The translations under genes and the position numbers were made by a program. The notes beneath the pieces were generated by a model. The model was given only the letters and a program-made list of their open reading frames with translations, was not told where the DNA came from and ran no database searches. A stretch of 64,000 nucleotides of DNA from Caecitellus pseudoparvulus (lineage: Eukaryota > Protista > Bigyra: Bicosoecida), in contig CBFFRQ010000081.1 of the NCBI GenBank assembly GCA_965644315.1, forward strand, positions 372,001 to 436,000, read 5' to 3'. Positions 33,326 through 45,605 of this stretch are shown here, piece by piece. The stretch's first letter is position 1, and every line of letters begins with the position of its first letter.

Positions 33326-36300
33326 ATGGCGGCCGTGAGCTCCCCTCCAGAGGACGTGGATGAGACAAGCGAGTACATCGAGTACAGTCCTGACGGGGTG
33401 TATGGAAAGGTGCGTTGGGGGCAGTTGGCGACCCTCAGCGCATGGACAGCCAGGCTGTGCACGGCTTCTTCACTGCCTCCGCGCCGGTGCACAGAGGAAC
33501 GCCTTGCTAGGAAGCGGCGCCCAGAAGCATGTGTACGTTGGCGCTGTGTGGGAGCGGCTGCGTGGGCATGCCGTAGCACGTGAGACCCTGTGCTGTGCTG
33601 GCCTTCACAGGTACAAGGCCTTCGACACGGAGGCGTGCCGGGAGGTGGCGTGGTGTGAGGTGGACCTCACGCGCATGGACGCCGAGGCACGGGAGCAAGT
33701 GCAGGAGGAGGCGGCGCTGCTGAAGGAGCTGCGGCACCCGCGCATCCTGCGCTGCCTCTTCGCGTGGGCGACGGAGACGAAGCTGGTGCTCATCACGGAG
33801 CAGAAGCGGGCGGGGACGCTGTCCAGCTTCGCCGCAGCGCACCAGCCGACGCTGAAAATCATCAAGCGCTGGCTGTACAAGGTGCTGGAGGGGGTGCAGT
33901 ACCTGCACAGCCTGGACCCCCCCGTCGTGCACCGGGACATCAAGGGCAGCAACATCCTCTTTGACAGCGTGACGGGGGACATCTTCATCTCGGACCTGGG
34001 CATGGCCACCCGCATCGCCCCAGGCAGCTCCCGCCTGGGGCAGTTCCGCGGCACACCCAACTTCATGGCACCCGAGCTCTTTGACGACACCTATGACGAG
34101 CGTGTGGACGTGTACTCTGTGGGCATGCTGCTGCTGGAGCTGGTGTCGGGGCGCCTGCCGTACTGCGAGTGCCACGGCGAAACGCAGCACATTTACCGCA
34201 AGGTGCGGGACGGGGAGCCCCCTGCCGCCCTGCAGCACGTCGTCCACGCCAGCGTGCGGGACTTCATCACCTTCCTCACGCGTGTCCAGCCAGACACCGG
34301 CCGGCGCCCGTCTGCCGCCGACGCCCTGGCACACCCATTCCTGGCCAAGGCGGCGCCCGGCACACCTGTGCCCGGGCCCACCGCGACACAGGCGGAAGGG
34401 TCAGCCTTGTCCCCCACCCTGGGTGCGCCGGAAGACCTGGACCATGTGCTCATGGACGAGGCCTGGCTGGAGGCGTGTGTGTCAGAGGCAGGTGACACGG
34501 GCACCCCCCCCGCCACCTCCGTCGTCCTGCGCTCCGTGACACGGACGGAGGCAGTGGACCGCCAGGGGCGCGTGCAGTCCCTGCTGGACCCCAGCGAGGA
34601 AGGCGGGGATGAGTCTGAGACTGACTCGGAGAGTGAGGTGGTGGCAGTGGCTGGGGCGGAGTCCACGGGGCTGACCAGTCGCCTGGGCACGCCTGGCTTC
34701 GTGGACCGCGCTGTGTCCACGAGTCCCCGCAGCGGCAGCCACTTCAGCAGCGGCGGCGGCAGCCACAGCAGCGGTGCCGAACGCGCCTCCACTCAGCCGG
34801 CTCCGTCCCAGGAGGACGGCACGCCTGTCCCTTCGGATGAGGAGGAGGAGGAGGAGGAGGAGACGGTGCCTCTGCTGCCGCCCAGAACGCCCGTCGGCGG
34901 CGGCGTGGCGGCGGACCAGGGCACCGTGGCGCTGGGCCCGCTGCCTGATCGGGCTGGCAGCCTGGCGTGGGAGGGGGGGGAGGGCGGGCGTGGCACGCCG
35001 GTGGAGCAAGCGCCCCGCTCAGAGGCAGGGGGGCCCCCCTCCCCACGGCAGGAAACCGCCAGCATGCGCTCGGCAGACCACGTGGGGGAGTGGGCAGGCG
35101 GCGGCACAGACCTGCCCTCGGGCACGAGCCCACGAGGGGCCGCCAGCCCACAGTCCCAGCCCCCCTCTGCCGCGTCTGCTTCGCCAGGCATGCAGCGCAG
35201 CCAGTCCGTGGGCGTGGGGCTGGCGAAGGGGGGGGGCAGCAGCCCCACGTCGGCCATGGCGCGCGTGAGCCACTTCGAGTTCCTGCCGGGGCAGGAGGCT
35301 GCGTACCGCCTGCGCCGGTCCGCCTCATGCCTGACCCTGCACCACCACCACCGCCCGGCGGAGCGGGAGGGGGGGGAAGGGGGGGGTGAGGGGGGGCAGT
35401 TCAGCCCCCTGTCCAAGCTGGAAGTGCCGCCGTGGCGTGCGGAGAGTGACTTCGCCGACGTGTCCCGCGCAGTGACGCCAGCTGTCGCACAGCAGAGCCC
35501 AGAGCACAAGGCCCAGAGCACAGCGCCAGCGCGCGCGGCGTCGGCGCCGGAAGCGGACTTCTTGCCCGTGCGCCTGATCCTGACGTACTACGGGCGCCCC
35601 CCCCCCGACGTGACGGAGGGGCGGGGTGGCGCACCCCTGGATACGTCCCCCGGCGTCGCCTCTGTGGATGCCGTCCTGCAGCTTCAACGCGTGCCGGCGC
35701 CGCCTGTGCCGGCAGAGCCCGTCCTGGACATCCTCCGGGAGAAGCTGCAGGGCGTCGTGACGCTGAACGAGGCGCCACTGCTGCTGGCCCTGCAGCAGGC
35801 CCTCAACGCCATCCTGCTGGCGTCCCCCGTCACCGTGACCTTCCAGGACTGCCACCGCTTCGGCCTGGAGGGCCTGACGCTGGCGACACCGGAGCCGGCG
35901 CGAGGGCTGCACAGCCCCGCCCAGAGCGAGAGTGCCGCGGCCGCCGCCGTGTCGGCACCTGCGCCGACCCCGTCGCACGCGTCGCCGACGAGCCCGGCCT
36001 CCCCAGGCCGACACCGTGCGATGTCCCCCGCCGCCACGCCAGCCATCGTCGCACAGCCCTCGCCCATCATCACGTGCCGGGACCGGTCGGTGACCCCCAC
36101 CCGCCTGCAGCTGCCGCCTGCGACGGAAGCGCCCCCGCCCCAGGACGAGCACGCCAGCCACGCCCTTCGCAGGGCTGTGCCTCGCAGCACAGCTGGCAGT
36201 GAGGGCAGGAGTCTGGCTGGTGGCGGTGCGCGTGCGCCACGGGGGGCTGGGGACTCCACGCCGCACCTGTCGGCATCCTCGGCCCTCTCGACCCTGACAC

Positions 36301-37595
36301 CGCCCCACACACCAGCCCAGTCGCCGGCCACAGCAACCGAGCCAACTGCGTCGCCCCCTCCAGGCTCATCCCCAGCTCCTCCCCCAACTCCATCGCCAGC
36401 ATCCACACTTGCGCCTGCTCCTGCTCCTGAGCCTTCTCCTGCTCCAGCACCTGCGCCACCCAAAGCCCCAGCGCCAGCGCCAGCCCCAGCGCCAGCTCCC
36501 AAGCCTGCACCAGCTCCAGCTCCAGCTCCAGCGGTGGAGCTGGCGCCACCCTGGCCTTCCAGGCTGGTCAGCCCCATCGTGCCCAAGACGTCCGCTGCCA
36601 GCACCCGGCAGGCCGCCACCCAGCTGCCCACCTCCAACTCAGCCATATCCCTGGATGGCCTGGCTAGCTTGGCTAGCCTGGTGTCCAGCCCGAGTCAGGA
36701 TGCCCGGGCGGCGGGCGGGTCAGAGGCCGGCTCCAGGCCAGGCAGCCGTGCAGGCACTCACAGCGCCGGCCGCCCTCGCACTGGCACTCAGACCAGTGAC
36801 GGGGGGCTGGCGCTGGATGGGCCAGTGGCCAGGACGGTGCCCGAGAGCCCATCCTCCTCGACCTCCAAGGCGCAGCTGGACTCGCCCGGCAAGCCGGTGG
36901 CGCGGGGGGGCATGGTGCAGCCCCGCCCTGGGCACCACTCGCACTCCACCTCCATGGGGTCTGGCTTCCCAGTTTCCGCCATGCGCCAGGCGGGCATGGG
37001 CCCACAGGGCGGGGGCATGGGCCCATCGGGCCAGGGCGGGGGCCTCCTGCGTGTGATGACGGCCCCCGACAGGACAGGCCCGCACCCTCAGCTGTCCATG
37101 TCATTCCACGGCCAGCAAGGGGGAGGGGGGTCTGCCACCACCCCCCACGCGGCAGAGGGCACGGGGGGGTTGGCGGCACTGGGGTGGGGAGACAAGCCAC
37201 TGACGCACTTTGCAGGGCCTAGGGGCGAGCCCCCGTCCCAGCCAAGCACTGGCGCGACGGGCGGGGTGAGTGGGAACGGGATGGGGATGGGGGCGGAAGG
37301 TCTGGGTGGAGCGTACCCCCCCTCCATGGGCATGACGGGAGGGGGGGTGCGGGCCCCCCCCCTCGTCATGCAGGCGTACCCCCCGCGGGTGGGCAGCGGC
37401 GGTGTCATGCTGCAGAACATGCCGTATGGCATGCCACTGCAGCATGCGCCTGGCTTCGGGGGGGGTGGGCCCATGCAGCCCGTCGTGGGGGGGTGGACCA
37501 ACCTGCACCCGCAGGGGGGGGTGCCCCCCCCCCTCCCGCAGGCGACAGGCCGCGGCCTGGATGCAGTGATGCAGGCCAGCCAAATGGGACAGTAG
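33326..37595 (+). CDS. WNK: WNK-family Ser/Thr kinase with a long disordered C-terminus
   Basis: Three 5' exons give IEYSPDGVYGK|RNALLGSGAQKHV|YKAFDTEACREVAWCEV: Lys after the G-loop and VAWC in beta3, the WNK hallmark. Also HSLDPPVVHRDIKGSNI, DLG, GTPNFMAPELF, LPYCEC. Confidence 0.9.
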
Positions 37596-37681
37596 GCGCG
37601 GACGATGCCTGCGCCGTGCAATGCAGCGTCACTTGTGCAGGCTGGCGCGACACGCGGCAGCACCGCCGGCTCGGCACAACC

Positions 37682-40600
37682 ATGCGGGAGGTGCTGTTTC
37701 TCTTCGATGCCGCAGGGGCACACGCTGTCGCAGAGGCGGCTGGCAGCCAGGCCGCGGCACAAGAAGCAGTGGCGCAGTACGCCACTGGGTGTCTGCAGGC
37801 GGCGGCGTGGCACGTGCTGCGGTGCCAGGATGGTGCCGAGACGCGGTGGGGGTGCGTTGTGCTGGGCCAGAGTGCGTTGGCGGGCTCCGGTGCACCTCCC
37901 ATCCCGCCACACGCAGGTACGAAGTGGCGGACAGTCACTCCTCTTCCCTCATGAGCTCGTCTGCCGTGGATAGGCATGTGAGGGGTGCATTTGTACCTGG
38001 CCCGGTGCCTGACATGGACGAAGTGGCGTTTCGTGCGAAACGGCACGCTGCAGGCCGCCTCTTCCTCACGCGGTGGAGCAGTGCCAGCGTGCAGGCTGCC
38101 TGGGTGGACCTTGTACTGTGCTTCTCCATCCTCACTGGCGTGCACGCGTTGTCCGTCCCTGCTGCAGGCGCGGGGTCGGCAGCTGACGACGGCCTGTCGC
38201 CAGCCGAGGTGTTGCGCGAGTCGGCTCTCGCAGGTGTGTCAGCGACGGCGTGGACCCAGCTCATGTCCCCCATGCGGTCTGGCCGCTCGAAGCGTCCTGT
38301 GCGCGCACCTGCAGGCCTGCACGCAGCGCGCTCTGTCGTCGTGTGCGCGCCAGCTCTGCCGGCGTTGCAGACGGCAACGGCAGCCAGCGGCACGAGTGAC
38401 TCGCCCGGGCGACTGGGCCGGGGCCTGGCTTCTGCAGGGGCATCCCAAGACGCAGGTGTGGTGTGGTTGGACCCATCAGTTAGGCTGCAGGGGGGGGGCT
38501 GGCCCCAGCACTGCGCCGAAGCCCTGGCAAGCGCTGGCGTGGCAGTGACCTCTGCAACGCAGCATGCTGCAGCCTTGGCTGGTGTGCGGGAGCAGGGTGG
38601 CGACGCACAAGTCTCAGTGGGTGGCGTGACACTGCGCGTGTCGTCCGCTGATGCAGCTCGAGTGAAGCAGGCGCTGCGCTCTGCAGTGGCTGGGAGTGGG
38701 CCCCCCCCCTCCCTGTGGCAGGAGGGGGGGTGGGCAGCCCCCCTCCGAGCGGCAAGTGCTGCACGCCCTGCCAACGAAGCTGCAGACACCTGCACGTCCC
38801 AGCCCGCTCCCCGTGCTGCACCCCGCACCTCCACACGCACTGCCACAAAGGAGCTGCTGGCGTCTCAGTTGGACAGCGAGGGGGGGGAGGGGCGGGGCAG
38901 CTCGGAACACGAGACGAACAGTGTTCCGATGCGCCGCTCCAGAGGCAGCTCTGGCGAGCGTGGCAAGGTGGGCTTGGCTTCCAAGCTGCAGGCCCTGATG
39001 AAACGCACCAGCGACGAAACGCAGCTGCGGAAGTTGCTGGCAGGCCTGCTGCAGGAGCCAGCGGCGGGGACTGCGCCAGAGCCACCCCCCCCCTCTCCCA
39101 CCGCCTCCCCCACACCAGGCGGCAGCAGTGCCGTGTCACCTGAGAAGGTGGAGGAGGGTGGGGGGGGACACGCCCCCCCTCCGCCCCCCACACCTCCACC
39201 CGAGACAGGCTTGCCGGAACACATCCTCCGCCGCATGCGCAGGCGGTGTTCCACGCAGGCGGCCGCGTGGGGCAGCGTGTTCCGATCCATCGCGGAAGGG
39301 GGGGGCTCAGGGGGGGTCTCACACCCCCTCCTCCGCAGCCTGCCACCCCCCCTCGGCCGCCCCTTGCAGGCGGTGCTGGTGGCACATGACGCCTTGTTGC
39401 GGGGGGTGGACCCCCTGGTGGCAGTGCAGGCGTGGTGGGGGGGGGACGCCGCCCCCGCCCCCGCCCCTCGCAAGGCGTGTGACCCCGTCCTGTTCCACAC
39501 TGCTGTTCTGCCTGCGGCATCCAGTACCATCGCCAGCATGACCACCCTGGGTGTCCTGCGAGGGGGGGGGGCAGGGGCAGCGCCTGCGGTGGGGGGTGGC
39601 GTGTGGGGAGGGTGTGTGGGGGGGTGGGCCGGGTCGGGAGGGGGAGCCTCTCAGGGTGGGGTGGGTGTGGGGGGGCAGCACCCGCCCCCCCCTGCGCCCC
39701 CCCTCTGCTCTGCGCAGTCGCCTGACGTTGTCGGCGCAAGCATTGCAGCGGGCGGCGAGGGAGGGGGGATGACACCCCCCCCGCCCTCGCCGCCCTCCTC
39801 GTCACTTCACCCTCTGCCCAGCAACGGGTGCGAGCAGCGCTGGAGGCACCGCTGGGGCAGGCAGTTGCAGCGAGCGTGCTGGCGCATGTAGTTGCGACAG
39901 CCCTGGTGGTGCAACCGGCCACCCTCATTCAGTGCTCTGTGGCGTGGGCGAGGGGTGGGCCCACGCCGCCAGAAGCTGTGGCCCAGTGCGTCCCAGCGTC
40001 GCTGCCGCCCCACATGCCGGCACGGGTCCTGCTGGCACGCCTGGCAGTGTTGCAGTTGCACCACAGGTTGCACTTGGCGGCCTGCCGGGGCCAGCAGGAC
40101 CCCGGCCCAGACTTGCCTCTGCTGCTGCAGCCCCTGCTCACAGCCAGCGCAGGGGGGGGCAGTGACCGTGGACACCCCCCCTCCACCAAGCCCACCCCGC
40201 CAACGCATCACGCGACTGTGGCGGCATCGTTGGTGGGGGGGAGCGGCGGCGGAGACCGCCCAGGCTCGCCCACCACCACCACCACCCGCATCCTGCTGCA
40301 GTGTGTCGGGTACCCCTTCAAGCGGGTGCTGCCTCAGCTGCTGCGAACAGTGCTGGTGGAGTGTGGGGTGGAGGTGGGGGGTGGAGGGGGGGGTGTCGAC
40401 CCCCCCCCCACCTCGGGCATGGCCATGCCCCCCCCCCGCCCCCACGCTGCACTGCAGGCGATGCGAGAGCGCCGGGGGGGGGAGCAGGGCGCCGCCGATG
40501 CGCCGCCACCCCCCTCCAGCGAAGCCCCGAGGGGGGGGGGTGGTGGCCCGGGCACGGCAGGCGACTGGCTCCTGCAAGTGGTCCGGGGACGCAGCAGTGC

Positions 40601-41180
40601 TGCGTTGAACTCACGCATGGCACAGCTGCGCACTGACCCGTCTGCGTCACGGTACCATCTGCAGGATGGCGCGTCCAATTTGAGCGGCAAGGGCCACGTC
40701 ACTGTGGCCAAGCGGCGGCGGGGGCGGGGGCCTGGCCGCGTGAAACGCATCACGCCCACGGCCGTCGCGGCCCCTGGTGCGGAGGGTGAGCTGCCGTCCA
40801 GTGCCGCAGTGGAGGGGCGTGGACGCCGCAAGCGACCTCGGGCGCGATCTGGGGTCGGCTCCCCTGCCAGGCGCACCCCCCTGACCCCCCCCCCCGTGGG
40901 GGGTCTCTTCACCCCCACCCGACCACGGCGCGGCAGTCGCCTGGAGGGCCAGGGGGGGCAGGAGGTGTCTGTGGCGGGGCTGGGGTCATCCCTGCACGCT
41001 CGCCTGGCGGACGCGACGCCTGAGGTGGGGGGGGGGCGCCGAGGTGCGGGAGGGGGGTCCCGACCCCCCCCCTCCTCGGCCCTGCTCAGCCCCGGCAGTG
41101 TCGCCAGTGCCCACGCCGCGAAGCGCAGGCGGCGTGGAGGGCAGTCCCGTTCCCTGGTCACTTCTCTCTTCGCCAGCTGA
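37682..41180 (+). CDS. Large low-complexity protein, possibly Treslin/TICRR(Sld3)-like
   Basis: MREVLFLFDA..ETRWG|YEVADS resembles my recollection of the Treslin N-terminal LLLD..W-x-F-x-F-x-D-S pattern. The C-terminus is basic and rich in S/TP sites. A frame change near 39600-39830 is unresolved (intron or homopolymer error). Confidence 0.35.
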
Positions 41181-41186
41181 CGCGGC

Positions 41187-42817
41187 ATGCTCTCGACTTC
41201 GCCTCACACCGCCACGCCAGCCAACGGCAAGTCCACAGCCAGGGCAGCGGGCGGCATGGCGAGCCAATCCGCCGCCAGAGAAGATGCGCAGGAGGGCAGG
41301 GCAAAGGCCCAGCAGCGTCGTGTGACGCGGGAGGCCCTGCGCAGCACGACAGAGTACTTGCATGGTGCGTGGGAGGCGGCCGTGCGCGGGCGTGTTTGAG
41401 TGTGGTGCGCGGGCCGCAGGCGGTGATCGGGGCACGTGTGCGGGCCTTCGCATGCGCAGAGCACCATGAATCCATCCGAGATCCCAGTTCCAGCCGACTG
41501 CGCGACGCTGTGCGGCGCAGCGATGCGACATTTGTCGAGAATGAGGAAGGTACGGGTGGCACGCGAAACGCCGGCGCAACGCGGCGCACCCACATGCACG
41601 CCTGCCGCCGCAGTGTTCCGTGTGCGGGAGCTTGGCATGGATGGAGGCAACATGGCTGTCATGACAGACGCTGCCAACGCGCAAGCGTCACACATGAACA
41701 CCTTCGTGCGTTGGCCGCCTCGCAGCGGTGCGCTGCGTGCTGCACCTGCCCACACTGCCCGCCTGCACAGCTGAAGGAGAGCAAGGTGCTGGAGGCCCTG
41801 CAAGCCGCGTATGGCCCTTCTCGTGTGGACCGTGATGCCCAGGTGGGTTCCCGGGGTGAAGCGCCCTTTGACTGGGCGGGGCTGGGCAGCAACATGTCTG
41901 CGCTGTGGCGGGGGGGGCCAGTGCTGGACCCACTTCTGGGCACCCTCACTGGGCTGGAGGTGGAGCTTGAAACGCAGCAGGGCAAGTTGGCAGGGAAGGG
42001 CAAGGCCCCCCGCACTCCCCGGCTGAGTGCGCCCAAGATGGCGTCAGGGGGGGCTGCCGCCCCCACCCTGGTCACGGGCGGCACCACCGCCGACAAAGAC
42101 GGCGCGGCGGTGGCACGGCGGGCCCAAGGCCTGGCCAGGCGCCTGGGGGAGCTGCTGCGTGATGCGCCGCTGGTGCGCACGATCGGAGGTCGCGCCGTGC
42201 GTGCCCTGGGGCTGGTGCAGACGCTGTTCAACCCGTGGAGCTTCACGCAGACGGTGGAGAATTTGTTCCTCCTGGCAGACCTCGTCAAGAAACGCTCTGC
42301 CGCCGTCTCCACAGACAGTGCCGGGAACGCCATCGTCACGTACGGCCTGGCGCGGGCGGTGGAGGGGACGGGCGCGCCCCCCCCCAAGCGCTCCCGAAGG
42401 GGGGGGTCAGCCGCCCCCTCCACACCCCCCTCCTCCCCCACTGACTTGGAGCCCCGGCAGTTCGCGTGGACGCTGGACCGGCCGTCATGGCGGGTGGCCT
42501 GCGAGGTGTACGGCGTCAACCGCCCAGCCCTGCCACACCTGGACTCCACTGACGACAGTGCCCCCCCCGGGCAGGCACGGCAGACATTCTACGGCGGGCT
42601 GTCTCACCGGCAGGGGGGGGGCACCGAGCCCAGGGCTGGTACACCCGAGACGCCTTCCGCCGCCGGCGCCCTGCCCGCCCCCCTGCCGGACCTGCCCTTC
42701 CTGTCGGCAGACATGGACACCGAGTCCGAGTCCAGCGGCGAGTCAACCGACGGCGAGGCAGCGCTGCCCCTTCCCGGGCGGAAGTCCACCCGCGGCACAA
42801 AACGCAGACGCAGCTGA
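41187..42817 (+). CDS. NSE4: SMC5/6 kleisin Nse4 (NSMCE4/EID family)
   Basis: Multi-exon. VFRVRELGMDG, FDWAGLG..LDPLLGTL, LFNPWSFTQTVENLFLLADLVK, QFAWTLDRPSW..EVYGV. The start could alternatively be 41256. Confidence 0.85.
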
Positions 42818-42892
42818 AGTGCCGTGGACGTGCAGTAGTAATGCATGGCACCGTGGCTGCCGGGTGGCACGCCGGGCTGCGCTGGAGGCACC

Positions 42893-43186
42893 ATGGCAGA
42901 GCAGGGTGCGGAAATCGAAGCCGCCGCCGCCCAGCAGATGCTGGCAGCGCTGGAGGCCCAGATTCAAGCTGCCGAGCACAAAGTCGCCGCTGCAACGCAG
43001 GCTGTGCAGGCCAAGAGTGTCCTCGTGGCCGATGCAGTGGCAGAGCACGCCAGTGCCGGGCACGTAGCCGGGCCGGTGCCCGGCGTCGTTGCTGCGCATG
43101 AGGCTGGCATGGCCAGCGAGCTGGCGGCCGCCTTGCACAGCTGGGCAACGGCCCAGCACACGGCGCTGCAGGCATCACAGGGCTGA
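42893..43186 (+). CDS. Small Ala-rich coiled-coil hypothetical protein (97 aa)
   Basis: ATG in accATGg context and heptad-like sequence QMLAALEAQIQAAEHKVAAATQAV. No family recognised. Confidence 0.4.
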   Translation: MAEQGAEIEAAAAQQMLAALEAQIQAAEHKVAAATQAVQAKSVLVADAVAEHASAGHVAGPVPGVVAAHEAGMASELAAALHSWATAQHTALQASQG

Positions 43187-45428
43187 TGCATTGTCCTCGC
43201 TGTCTGTGCGTGGCGGCAGCGTGGCAGCCAGGCCACTGGTCGGGTGTGGCACAAAGGTGTGCAGGGCGGGGTGTGCCAGGCACCGCCCCTCGGCGTCCAG
43301 AATCGCCCCCGCCTCCTCCGCCACGAAGCGGCCGCTGGACCAGGCCTCCGCGCCGGGGTACGTCGGGGCGCCGGCCCAGTCCTCGGGGTGACAGGGCGTG
43401 CCACCACTGGCCGAGGCGCCACCCGCCGCCGCCAGCGACGCCTGCAGACCAGCGAGACCCCCCTCCCCCAGCCACCCCTCGCCACCGGCGCCTGGCTGGT
43501 CCTGGCTGAAGGGCAGGAGGGGCACGGCGCCTTTCTGGGAAATGTCCAGGAGGCGCTCCGCCAGCGCCCTCCCCAGCTGGGCTGCGTGGCTGGGGGCCGC
43601 TGGCAGCACCAGCTGGGCGTGGGCCGTCGCCTGGGCGGCACGTGGCGCCACCTCGGCCGCACCCAGCGGCACACCTGTGCCCACCTCCTGCAGGCAGACG
43701 ACGGCAGGTGCCAGGGCCGCCGCCAGCCACGTCGCGTCGGCGGGGAAGGTTAGGCTGGCCACTGACTGGTGGGGGGGGCTGTAGGTGACACCGCCGCCGC
43801 CGCCGCCGCCCAGGCGCGCACTGCCCAGCACGTGCCCTGGAGTGAGCAGGGCCATGGGCAGGCCTGCCTGTGCGGCCTTGTGCAGGCGGACGCGGTGAGG
43901 CAGCTTGGTGCGGGTGACGCTCCAGTTGCCTGAGGGGCGGGATGACCGCAGGAGGGTGTCGCTGGGCATGCCTTGGGGGGGGGCTGCCACCCCGTGGGGA
44001 GGGGGGGTCGTGTGCCGTTCTCCCAGCCAGTCCCACTTTGCAGGGGGGGGGGTGCTCTCAGCCGCTGCCACCACCAGCTGCAGTGCGCGCGCCAGCGTGC
44101 CGGGGGGGGTGTCAGGGGGGGGTGGCTTGGCCAGCGCTGCCTGCAGCCCCGCACTCAGACCCGGCATCATGGCAGGCAGCTCCAAATTCACTGGCAGCGC
44201 CACCATGCGGTGGGCAGTGGGCGTGAAACGCGCCAGAGCCCGTGCCCGCGCCGGGGTGGGTGGCTGCGCCGCCTCTCCTTCCTCTTGTGGTGCTGGCGCC
44301 TGCAGCGCCGTCAGGCTGTCTGTGGCTGCAGCCAGCAGGGCGGCAGCGGCGGTGGAGGGGGGTGCGGTGGAGGGGGGCGGGTCCACCCCCACCACGCTGG
44401 GCCGGCTGCCCCGCACCAAAGTGTGCAGGAGTGCCAGCACTGCTGCGTTTCGCCAGCCTGAGCACTGCGACGGGTCTGGGCGTGGGATGGGGGGCGGCGC
44501 CCGGCGACGCCTGCCTGTTGGCGCGGGGGGGGGTGGCAGGGTCTGAGGGGGGGGTATGTCTGCCGCTGGCCCGCCGCCGTCCCCAGGTCCACACGCCAGC
44601 TCTGTCGCCACCCGGGCAGTCAAGGCGTGCGCTGGGTCAAAGGCGGCGGCAGGGGTGGACGTGGTGCCCCCCTCCTGAGGGGGGGTCTGGGTCTGGACAG
44701 GGGGGGGGTACGGCATGCCCAGCTCCCGCGCCGCTGCCCGTGCGATGGCAGGCAGCCCCACCGGCCCCCTGTACGCGGCAAAGACGAGGAGGTCGAAACG
44801 CAGCATGTGCTGCACCACCGCCAACGCATCACGGGCAGGGTGCGGCGTGCCCCGTGCCTGCACCGCCCGCACCGCTGCCAGCCCCGTGCACAGCGCCGTG
44901 ATGCGTTGCCATGCGGGCGGGTCAACGCGCACGCGACTCAGGTGCGCAAAGGGCTGTGTGGCCACCAGCGTGTACAAGGCGAACAGTGCCGCCAGCTGCC
45001 ACTGCACGTGGGCAGCTGCCAGCTGGTCTGTGTGATGGGTGGCAAGGGGGGCGTGTGCAGTGCCTGTGTGCCGCCCTGTGGCCGTGCCAGAGGGCTGGCT
45101 GCCGGCACTCACCCAGGTAGTGCCGGAAGACCTCTTGGTACACGCGTTCACGGGTGCGGTAGCGAGGAGATGCGAGCACGCGGTGTATGAGGTGCATCTT
45201 GCACTCCTTCCACACGCCGCGGAAGTCTGCAAAAGCCATGCGCTGCGGCACATGGGGCGGCAGGCGTGTGCATGTGGGTGGGGGGGGAGGGCAATTACCG
45301 CAGGCTGGCAGGCTTGGGCGCACCTTGAGGCGCTGTGCCCGGCGGCAGAACGCAATGAGAGGGCGGTCAAGATCATGGTGTATGAGGGCTTGAATGGTGT
45401 CCATGCCTGGCGCCGCAGCCGAAGCCAT
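43175..45428 (-). CDS. SNAPC1: snRNA-activating complex subunit 1 (SNAP43 domain)
   Basis: Spliced N-terminus HHDLDRPL..|MAFADFRGVWKECKMHLIH..YQEVFRHYL|..WQLAALFALYTLVATQP..RVRVDPPAW, then a long Pro/Ala-rich tail. Confidence 0.75.
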
Positions 45429-45605
45429 GCGTGCCCACCGCCCACTCAGCTGCCTTACAGCTTTGCTGCTGCTGGGCACAGCTGGGCGTGCCGGCGCACG
45501 TGCCCCGCCAAAACCCCAACCCAGCCGCACTGTCGCTTGCAACATGTGCGTTTTGAGCAACTGGTTGTGCTGCACCTGTGCCCCCCCCGCACCACCACCA
45601 CCAAC

